Shown here piece by piece: positions 56,601 through 64,000 of a stretch of DNA of 64,000 nt. How positions within the stretch are numbered: the first letter of the stretch is position 1; each line of letters starts with the position of its first letter. Location: the NCBI GenBank assembly GCA_900769345.1, contig CAAGGJ010000164.1:15654-79653 (forward strand). The letters run 5' to 3'. A program made the translations under genes and the position numbers. The notes beneath the pieces were generated by a model. The model was not told the DNA's origin, did not search any database, and saw only the letters and a list, made by a program, of their open reading frames with translations. This stretch comes from Bacteroidales bacterium (GTDB lineage: Bacteria > Bacteroidota > Bacteroidia > Bacteroidales > Muribaculaceae).

Positions 56601-57491
56601 ATGGAAGAGGTATTTCTAAACACTATCCAGGACTTCAACGACTATAACGGCATGGAGACACTCCATCCCTTGGTCAGCGTGTTGCACGTGGAGAACACCG
56701 AGCACATACAGCAGCGCGTGATGCACTATGGGCTATATGTAATCTATCTCAAAGAGACCAAAGGGTGCAAACTCTCCTATGGAAGAACGTCCTACGACTT
56801 CGACGAGATGACCGTGACAAGTTTCGCTCCCGGTCAGGTGGTGACGGTGGAACCTAACCCCGAAGTACCTTTTGCTAAATATACAGCCCTGGCATTTCAC
56901 CCCGACTTGCTTAATCGCACTCCACTGGCAAAGCAGATGAGTCGTTACGAATATTTCGGCTATACGAGCACCGAGGCGCTGCACCTATCCTCTCAAGAAG
57001 TGGAAATATTTCAAGGCGTATTGGCTATGATAGAGCAGGAACTGCACCGTGCCATCGACAAGCATACCCGCGAACTCATAGTATCGAATATCGAACTGTT
57101 GCTCAACTACTGCCTTCGCTTTTACGACCGCCAGTTCATCACTCGCGAGGAGGTAAATCATAGCGTGGTGAAAAAATTCCTCTCATTGCTCGATGACTAC
57201 ATTTCTACTAAAGCCGCACAAGAGGGACTGCCGATGGTAGCTTATTTTGCCGATAAATGTTGCTTATCGAGTGGATATTTTGGCAATCTCGTAAGGGTGG
57301 AAACCGGACGATCGGCCAAAGGCATTATTGCCGATTATCTCCTCGCCCATGCCAAAGAATTGCTCAACGACTACTCTCTTACGGTGGCAATGGTGAGCGA
57401 AAGCTTGGGATTTGACTATCCTCAACATTTCGTGCGATTCTTCAAAGCACAAACTGGCCGCACACCATCGCAATACAGGAAAATATCATAA
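56601..57491 (+). CDS. AraC-family transcriptional regulator
   Basis: 296 aa. The C-terminal double HTH ends LGFDYPQHFVRFFKAQTGRTPSQYR. The N-terminal half is a ligand-binding-type domain. Confidence 0.85.
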   Translation: MEEVFLNTIQDFNDYNGMETLHPLVSVLHVENTEHIQQRVMHYGLYVIYLKETKGCKLSYGRTSYDFDEMTVTSFAPGQVVTVEPNPEVPFAKYTALAFHPDLLNRTPLAKQMSRYEYFGYTSTEALHLSSQEVEIFQGVLAMIEQELHRAIDKHTRELIVSNIELLLNYCLRFYDRQFITREEVNHSVVKKFLSLLDDYISTKAAQEGLPMVAYFADKCCLSSGYFGNLVRVETGRSAKGIIADYLLAHAKELLNDYSLTVAMVSESLGFDYPQHFVRFFKAQTGRTPSQYRKIS

Positions 57492-57517
57492 TCATCTAAC
57501 CAATACATCCACCTCAA

Positions 57518-57555
57518 GTGCAGGCTGAAAGCAATTATCAGTCTGCACCTTTTTC
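57518..57555 (+). terminator. rho-independent terminator after the AraC gene
   Basis: GTGCAGGCTGA-(9-nt loop)-TCAGTCTGCAC forms an 11-bp stem (1 G-U) followed by CTTTTTC. Confidence 0.65.
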
Positions 57556-57610
57556 ATTGAAATAGAAGAAAAATGTTATGTCCGAAATGTTTGAATGACT
57601 GATTTGATAT

Positions 57611-59230
57611 TCAAAAAGCCTTATCCTCAATAACATTACCATCGGCATCAGTGATGCGCCAATGGGTGATATTACGTTGTTCACTTGCTACACAAACACC
57701 GTACTTGGTAATATTTCGTCCACCGGCTTCGTAAGGAATGGCGTAGCCTTTGCTGTCAATCTGAGCCAAAGCATTCTCTACTGTATCATCAACCTTAAGC
57801 TCGAGCACAAAGATGTCGGTCTTAGTCATAATAACCACATCTGCACGGCCCAAGATGCTCTTGACCTCGGTATCGACAGTAGAGTTGAGCATAGAGAATG
57901 CCATGTAGAGAAGTAATTGGTAGAACGACTCGCGACTCTCCTTATCTTCCCACTGTTCTTTGGTTATTACATCGTATGGTATCCCGGCGATATAGGAGCG
58001 AAGTGCCGTGAGTGCATCCGACAAGTTATTCCTGAATACAGCCCTTGCCATAGCTGCTATCAAGCTGTTGTTGTCGGCTACCGTACGCTTCAGTATTATT
58101 GGCATTAAACAATCAATAAGACCTTTTCTAACTTCATTGTTAGGAATCTTCAACTCATACCGCTGAACCCATGGATCGTAGGAGGCAATAGTGAGATAAC
58201 CACTTTGATATAGCAGTGGCATTGGAGTATTTGCATTTTCGCACGGAATGCTAAACTCGTTTTCACTCACCTCTACTCCATCATAATTTAATGCTGTGGT
58301 GATAGGGAAGCAAGACAGATACTCCAATAGTGAATTTGATGTCGCGGAATCAAACCAATAAGAATTAGTGGTATTCTTGTCTAATGCCTTCAACAGACTG
58401 AATGGCGCATACACATCCTTACTATTTGGAGAAAAATGATAGCCATCATAGTTTTTCTTCAATAACGCGTAAGCCTCTTTGGTTGTTACTTCAAGAGATT
58501 TCGCATACTCCTCTATGCAAGGGCGAAGAGTGGTGTCTAATTCTTCTTGGGTAATCCCACAGATACCTGAGTATTCATCATCAAAAGATATTTGATTCAA
58601 ATTATTCAGTTCTGAGAAAATGCTGAGTTGAGAGAACTTGGTTACACCGGTGATGAATACAAAACGGAGATATTCGCCTTCATCCTTAAGAACTTGATAA
58701 AACTCACGAAGCAAAGAGCGCATTTTTACAAGTTGCTCCGGTTGGTTTATCATTCTCATTATGGCAGAGTCGTATTCATCAAGAATGACTACTGCTTTTT
58801 CGCCGGTTTGTTCGTAAGCACGGTGTATCAAACCACTAAAACGAGCTCCCGGGGTATGTTCTGCCTCATTTCTTCCATATTCTTTTTCGTATTTAGAAAT
58901 GAGCAATTCCAATTTACCTTTAGCATCTTCGATACTGCAGTCTTTGAGACCACTCAAGATAAAATGAAGTACAGGATACTTTGTCCACTGCGTTTCCAAC
59001 TCCATCACCTTGAGCCCTTCAAACAGTTCCTTCTGTCCTTTGAAATAAGCCTTAAAGGTGTTACAAAGCAGAGATTTGCCAAATCTGCGAGGACGAGCAA
59101 GAAATACATAACTATATTTGTTGGCAAGGTCGAACATCATATCCGTCTTGTCAACATAGATCATTCCAAGTTCCCTTATTCGCTGGAACTGGTCTGTATC
59201 TACCGGGTATCTAAATTTACTCATTTTCAA
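57611..59230 (-). CDS. AAA-ATPase-like plus PD-(D/E)XK nuclease-like (PDDEXK_9-type) protein, paralogue of 10092..11705
   Basis: 539 aa. It shares long identical runs with the other copy (FRYPVDTDQFQ, VFLARPRRFGKSLLCNTFKAYF, YLRFVFITGVTKxSQLSIFSELNNL, GRADVVIxTKxDIFVLELKVDDTV). Confidence 0.85.
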   Translation of the reverse strand: MKMSKFRYPVDTDQFQRIRELGMIYVDKTDMMFDLANKYSYVFLARPRRFGKSLLCNTFKAYFKGQKELFEGLKVMELETQWTKYPVLHFILSGLKDCSIEDAKGKLELLISKYEKEYGRNEAEHTPGARFSGLIHRAYEQTGEKAVVILDEYDSAIMRMINQPEQLVKMRSLLREFYQVLKDEGEYLRFVFITGVTKFSQLSIFSELNNLNQISFDDEYSGICGITQEELDTTLRPCIEEYAKSLEVTTKEAYALLKKNYDGYHFSPNSKDVYAPFSLLKALDKNTTNSYWFDSATSNSLLEYLSCFPITTALNYDGVEVSENEFSIPCENANTPMPLLYQSGYLTIASYDPWVQRYELKIPNNEVRKGLIDCLMPIILKRTVADNNSLIAAMARAVFRNNLSDALTALRSYIAGIPYDVITKEQWEDKESRESFYQLLLYMAFSMLNSTVDTEVKSILGRADVVIMTKTDIFVLELKVDDTVENALAQIDSKGYAIPYEAGGRNITKYGVCVASEQRNITHWRITDADGNVIEDKAF

Positions 59231-59503
59231 ACTAATTGATGTAACTTTTCGTTATGTATTAGCCTACATTAGACGATAAATTTACTAATTTTTCCGCAAA
59301 TATCGTTCGATTCAGATGATTTACACGCAAACTTTAACAATATTTGGCTTCAAGACATCACTTTGTGCCATTATCTATCTATCCAAATGACAAAACCACG
59401 CACTAAATCTGCAAAATTCTCAGCAATCATTTTCTGGGAAAATGTGATTTCAAGACCAAAAGGTAAAAAATGGCGGAGTGCGAGGTTCGGCTTTTGTGCT
59501 GTT

Positions 59504-60511
59504 TTATTCTTCAGTGTCGGGGTAATCGCCGTGGTAGTCCCAGCGGAGCGATTTTTCTATTGTGTCTATTACATATTGCCACACTTCGGCTTTGTTGGTC
59601 TCGTTAAGAATCTCGTGCCTCATTCGAGGGAATAGGTGACTGCTCACCTTGCGATATCCCACTCGGCGCATGGCATCTACGGCACGGGCAAATGCGCGGT
59701 CGTTAGTGCGACATCCATCATCGCCGCCCGAGATGAAGAACACCGGCAGAGCGCTGTTACGCATCACCCAGCCATCGGTGTTGTAGCAATCGCGCATCAA
59801 GCCGAATAGATTGAAGTAGCCGTTGTCGGTGAAGAGATAATTGCATTTCGGGTCGGCATTATAGGCTTCCACCACCTTGCGATTGCAGCACAGCCAGGCG
59901 TTTTTCAAGCCTTCGTCGGCATACTGCTTGTTCATCGCCCCGAAAGCTATGGAAGTGAGCAGTCGCGAACGATGGTGCGACCCCATTATCCAACCTTCCA
60001 CCTTAGCCAACGCCATGCCGGCAAGCACTGCAGGATTGTAACTCGGGCTGCCGCACACTATGAGGGCATCCACACGACTATCGTATCGCCGAACGAAGGA
60101 GCGCACCGCCAGCGAACCCATACTATGACCGAAAAGCACTATCTTGGTGCCGGGATACTGACGACGAATCCAATTATTTACCATACGAACATCGTCGACC
60201 AGCGCTCGCCATCCGCCATCGTACATATAGCCCAAATCATCGGCCGATTTCACCGATTCGCCATGACCGCGATGGTCGTGTATCACACAACGATAACCGT
60301 TTTTTGCCAAATATTGCATAAACGGCAGATAGCGTTCCTTATATTCTGTCATACCGTGCACCAGCTGCACCACAGCGCGACAACGTGGCGATTCCGGCTC
60401 CATCTCGAGCACCGACAGCTGCAATTCATCGTATTTCGATTCGATTGTAAAACGGTGTATCATAGTTCTCTCGCAGTTAATTGGTTTTCTTGTATTATTC
60501 ATTATCTCCAC
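59504..60511 (-). CDS. alpha/beta hydrolase, lysophospholipase/monoacylglycerol-lipase-like
   Basis: 335 aa with HGMTEYKERY (oxyanion region) and the GHSMGS nucleophile elbow. Confidence 0.8.
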   Translation of the reverse strand: MEIMNNTRKPINCERTMIHRFTIESKYDELQLSVLEMEPESPRCRAVVQLVHGMTEYKERYLPFMQYLAKNGYRCVIHDHRGHGESVKSADDLGYMYDGGWRALVDDVRMVNNWIRRQYPGTKIVLFGHSMGSLAVRSFVRRYDSRVDALIVCGSPSYNPAVLAGMALAKVEGWIMGSHHRSRLLTSIAFGAMNKQYADEGLKNAWLCCNRKVVEAYNADPKCNYLFTDNGYFNLFGLMRDCYNTDGWVMRNSALPVFFISGGDDGCRTNDRAFARAVDAMRRVGYRKVSSHLFPRMRHEILNETNKAEVWQYVIDTIEKSLRWDYHGDYPDTEE

Positions 60512-60589
60512 CGGCGAATTCTTCGCTTTGAATTATACAAACTTACGCACTTTTCGCCGAAAAATCACAATAATCTTACGCAAAATGAT

Positions 60590-60597
60590 TATTTTTG
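60590..60597 (+). promoter_or_regulatory. candidate -7 promoter box
   Basis: TATTTTTG lies 76 nt upstream of the ATG at 60673. Confidence 0.35.
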
Positions 60598-60672
60598 TAT
60601 GTTTGCTCCTCATGGAGGAAGTTCAGCTCAAAAAAAACCATATTAGAATAAACCAAAACAACTATCACTCAC

Positions 60673-62178
60673 ATGAAACGATTCATTACAGGCATACTCA
60701 TAAGTTTGGCGATAGCCACGGGCATATCAGCCTCGGCACAAAACCCCAAACGCGAATTTCGCGGCGCATGGATGCATACCGTGGGCCAAGGGCAATACGC
60801 TCGCATGACCACCGAACAAAATAAGGCTTACCTGCGCTGTCAACTCGACTCGCTGCAGATGGCGGGCATCAACGCCATTCTCTGGCAAGTGCGTCCCAAA
60901 GCCGACGCTTTCTATGCCTCGAACTACGAGCCTTGGAGCGTGTATCTGACAGGCGAATTTGGCAAGACACCCGACCCTTATTGGGACCCGCTGCAGTTTA
61001 TGATTACCGAGTGCCACCTTCGCGGCATGGAACTACACGCATGGCTCAACCCCTATCGCGTGACCAACACCAAAGGCGAAGTGAAAAAACTCGCCCCGGG
61101 TCATATATATCACAAACACCCCGAATGGTTTGTACAATATGGTGGTCAGACCTACTTCGACCCCGCCTTGCCTCAATGCCGCGACTTTATCTGCACCGTG
61201 GTGCGCGACATCATCACTCGCTACGATGTTGATGCCATTCATATGGACGACTATTTCTACCCCTATCCCACCAAAGATGAATTCCCCGACGACAAAAGTT
61301 ATGCCGCCTACGGCAATGGTATGGATCGCGGCGATTGGCGTCGCCAAAATGTGGATATGCTCATCGAGGGGCTGCACAAAGTGATAGCGCAAGAAAAACC
61401 TTGGGTGCGTCTGGGCATCAGCCCATTCGGCGTGTGGCGCAACAAAAGCTCCGACCCACGAGGCAGCAAAACCAATGCCTTGCAAAACTACGATGCCCTA
61501 TATGCCGACGTGCTAAAATGGACCGAAAAAGGATGGGTAGACTATATGGTGCCTCAACTCTATTGGGAACTCGACCACAAACACGCCCCGTCGCGCACGC
61601 TCAACACTTGGTGGAACGACAATGCCAACGGCCGCCATATGTACATAGGTCAATCGGTGGAAACCACTATGAAAACTCCCGACACCGACTCGGGCGATGC
61701 CAACGAATTGGCTCACAAAATAGCCATCACTCGCAGTCTGCCAAACATCCAAGGCAACTGCTGGTGGCCCGGCTACTCCATCACCCGCAATAGCCGCGGC
61801 GTGGCCGACTCGCTCGCCACCAAGCACCAAAGCACCATCGCATTAGTGCCTGCCTACCCTTGGCTCGACAATGTGCCTCCCGCCGAAGTAACCAATCTGC
61901 GCTCGGCTATGGTCAACGGAAAGCAAATACTCACTTGGAAAGAACCCGCCACCAACGACCCGATGCAGAAAGCCAAAGCCTATGTGGTGTATCGCTTCGA
62001 TGCTAAATCAGAAATCGACCTCGATAATGCTGCAGCCATTCAAGCTGTCACTCCTCAATGCCAATATATAGTGCCCGACGGCACCCCTCGCGGCAAATAT
62101 CACTATGTAGTGACCGTGCTCGACCGCGTGAACAACGAGAGCACCATAGGTCGCGCCGTGACCGTTAAAATCAAATAA
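60673..62178 (+). CDS. secreted glycoside-hydrolase-like family 10 (GHL10/YngK-like) protein
   Basis: 501 aa with a signal peptide. REFRGAWMHTV directly after the signal peptide and a TIM-barrel-like core (HAWLNPYR) are typical of the GHL10/DUF187 family. Confidence 0.75.
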   Translation: MKRFITGILISLAIATGISASAQNPKREFRGAWMHTVGQGQYARMTTEQNKAYLRCQLDSLQMAGINAILWQVRPKADAFYASNYEPWSVYLTGEFGKTPDPYWDPLQFMITECHLRGMELHAWLNPYRVTNTKGEVKKLAPGHIYHKHPEWFVQYGGQTYFDPALPQCRDFICTVVRDIITRYDVDAIHMDDYFYPYPTKDEFPDDKSYAAYGNGMDRGDWRRQNVDMLIEGLHKVIAQEKPWVRLGISPFGVWRNKSSDPRGSKTNALQNYDALYADVLKWTEKGWVDYMVPQLYWELDHKHAPSRTLNTWWNDNANGRHMYIGQSVETTMKTPDTDSGDANELAHKIAITRSLPNIQGNCWWPGYSITRNSRGVADSLATKHQSTIALVPAYPWLDNVPPAEVTNLRSAMVNGKQILTWKEPATNDPMQKAKAYVVYRFDAKSEIDLDNAAAIQAVTPQCQYIVPDGTPRGKYHYVVTVLDRVNNESTIGRAVTVKIK

Positions 62179-62182
62179 ACCT

Positions 62183-62707
62183 ATGCCTCAAAACCTCAAT
62201 AAATCCGATTTTATTTTGCGTCCCGCCACAGCACTCGATGTAGACCGCTGTTGGCAAATATTGCAGCAAGGCAAGGCGCAGATGTTTCGCGAAGGCAAAA
62301 AGCAATGGACCGAAACATACCCCTCACGCCAAAGCGTGGAGACCGACCTCGAGCGCGGCGCAGCCTATGTGCTTGAGCGCCGAAGCGAAGTGGTGGCTTA
62401 TGGAGCAGTGATTTTCGACGGCGAACCCGCCTATGCCCAAATCGAAGACCAATGGCTCACACACGGCAATTATGTGGTGATTCACCGCCTCGCCGTAGCC
62501 GACGAAGCCAAACGCCAAGGCGTGGCAACCGAATATTTCGAACAAGTGATGCGCCTGGCAGCCCGGCGCAGCGTGCATAGCATAAAAGTCGACACCAACT
62601 ACGACAACTTCTATATGCAGCACCTCCTCGCCCGACTCGATTTCACCTACTGCGGCGACGTAATCTACCCCCAAGGCTCCCGCCTCGCCTACGAAAAAGT
62701 GTTCTGA
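62183..62707 (+). CDS. GNAT-family N-acetyltransferase
   Basis: 174 aa with acetyl-CoA motif A, HRLAVADEAKRQGVATEYF. It lies 4 bp after the previous gene. Confidence 0.8.
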   Translation: MPQNLNKSDFILRPATALDVDRCWQILQQGKAQMFREGKKQWTETYPSRQSVETDLERGAAYVLERRSEVVAYGAVIFDGEPAYAQIEDQWLTHGNYVVIHRLAVADEAKRQGVATEYFEQVMRLAARRSVHSIKVDTNYDNFYMQHLLARLDFTYCGDVIYPQGSRLAYEKVF

Positions 62708-62733
62708 CAGTCCACCCTCAGGCAATATTATCC

Positions 62734-62997
62734 TCACCCGGCATAAGAATGCATGCCGGTAAGGATATAATTCACTCCGAAGTAGGTAATCAGCACTGTC
62801 GAAAATGCCGCAATCATAAAGATATTGTAGGCGCGCACCGAACAAACACACGGCAACGATTCGGCATGGAGTGGTATGGCGTATATCATCAGCGTTATCA
62901 GCGCCCAAGTCTCCTTTGGGTCCCACGACCAATAATTGCCCCACGACACATTAGCCCACACGGCACCCACAAAAATACCCACCATTAGCATAACCCA
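62734..62997 (-). pseudogene. ccsA: 3' fragment of cytochrome c biogenesis gene ccsA/resC (only the last roughly 85 codons)
   Basis: The translation contains the haem-handling WWD motif WGNYWSWDPKE and two following TM helices. Full-length CcsA has several more upstream TM helices. The frame is closed by a TGA at 63000..62998, where IS-derived sequence begins. Confidence 0.65.
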
Positions 62998-63706
62998 TCA
63001 ATGTCAATGGTGTGAACCTTGCAAAAATAGTCCCATTGCCCAATCTGTTTGCAAAGCAGGGCGAGCAGTAGACGACGCATCTTCCTCGTTGCGGCTTGAG
63101 TGTGTTTGCGCTGCTTGGCGTAGCTCAGACGAGCGCGATCGATGACGAGATATTTGTTGCGAGGTTGCCGTTCTTTCAACGCCTTGCAAGTCTTTGAGAT
63201 CAGCCTTTGAAGCCATTCGCAGCACTCCCACAGTAGTTTTACATCAGTAGGATAACGCAAATGGCTCTCATAGCAAGTGGCATCGGTGAGACACAAATCC
63301 TTGTCCTTCAGCCCATTTTTCCAGCTATTGTATTATATCTTCTGAAGCTCCTTGATGTCGAGCACCTCGGCAATGCAGTTGCTTATCGCGCTCACTATCT
63401 TTCCATTCTTAATAGGTCGCTCCGGGTCGATATACACACCACAGAACATCTCCATGTGGATGTTGCCAAATACGACTTTAAGAACATAAGCGCCACCTCC
63501 CCTTCGGGCGAGAACATCGGCTTCTTGCCCTGAGGATGCTTTCGCCAGAAATGAGAGTTGATAACTTTAGCCATCTCCTTAATTGGGAGCAGGCTGCGAA
63601 TGCGACCAAGTTCGCTATTACGAAAACTTTCACGATATTTTTGCAAAATATCGAACTCTGTGAAAGCAATTGTTGGTGATATGTCAGAAATTTGTTGTAA
63701 CTTCAT
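62998..63706 (-). mobile_element. decayed, truncated DDE transposase (DUF772-type N-terminus plus the start of an IS4/IS5-type DDE domain)
   Basis: The N-terminal ORF starts at ATG 63706 (MKLQQISD...FSPEGEVALMFLKSY). The frame then shifts to GNIHMEMFCGVYIDPE, has an in-frame TAA at 63335..63333, and continues LTDATCYESHLRYPTDVKLLWE (first catalytic-D region). It ends abruptly at about 63000. Only about 230 codons of what I would expect to be a much longer DDE transposase remain. Confidence 0.7.
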
Positions 63707-64000
63707 AGCCTGATAAAAAGAATTTACCCCCGAATAAGCCCGAGATGGGTCCATCGGTTTTTTTGTAAAGTTGCAAAATATTTATCTATCTGACAAATAA
63801 TCAGTTAGCTAATTATGGAATATCCCTAATGAAAGCTGTTATGGTATCAAACATGTGAAATCTTATTGTGCCGTCTGTAATAGTCAGACAGATTTACAAA
63901 CGATTGAACTTATTGAAACCGTTTTATCCTCTTCACTTATCTTGCGATTAGCTTATCTCTGCTCCAACCAACCAAATTAATAACTCGCAACACGACATAT

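Noticed and set aside
1-64000. Prophage, ICE or defence island spanning the window
   Set aside because: There is no integrase, relaxase, capsid, terminase or tail gene, no tRNA attachment site, and no known defence operon signature. The only mobile-element trace is the decayed transposase at the right edge.

Overview
This 64-kb segment reads as Bacteroidales (Bacteroidota) chromosome. It has a SusC/SusD pair, many lipoproteins whose lipidated Cys is followed by acidic residues, and TAnnTTTG -7 promoter boxes in front of most transcription units. I count about 40 protein-coding genes. I saw no rRNA, tRNA, CRISPR array, integrase or phage structural gene. All family names were assigned by eye from motifs and need HMM confirmation.

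Main blocks:
1. 1-6555 (-): a tightly coupled operon of three paralogous surface lipoproteins (DUF4493-like N-termini, two with PCMD-like C-termini) plus an outer-membrane barrel. Function unknown.
2. 7257-13000: housekeeping and orphan genes (CapD/WbpM-like dehydratase, DUF4923-like protein, AAA-ATPase/PD-(D/E)XK protein).
3. 13133-17800 (-): a 1171-aa coiled-coil surface lipoprotein, a small XRE-type HTH gene, and a roughly 575-nt ORF-free, GC-rich leader with terminator-like hairpins.
4. 18049-29445: aldose epimerase, His-rich COG0523 metallochaperone, COG1373 ATPase, P-loop/CYTH fusion, META lipoprotein, putA and an MFS transporter.
5. 29643-49655: a glycan-utilisation region with an Asp-box propeller protein, GH3, SusC/SusD, EEP phosphatase, ROK kinase, GH92-PA14, a GH63-like enzyme, metallophosphoesterase-PA14, and a phosphodiesterase-like/alkaline-phosphatase fusion. 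This is unusually rich in phosphoesterases and looks aimed at a phosphorylated mannoglycan.
6. 49987-62707: Lrp, metY, Fe-S/flavodoxin genes, hydrolases, AraC, further orphan ATPases, a GHL10 protein and a GNAT.
7. 62734-63706: a deletion junction joining a 3' fragment of ccsA to a decayed IS transposase.

The best candidates for undescribed biology are the phospho-glycan PUL, the DUF4493/PCMD lipoprotein operon, and the coiled-coil lipoprotein locus with its structured leader.
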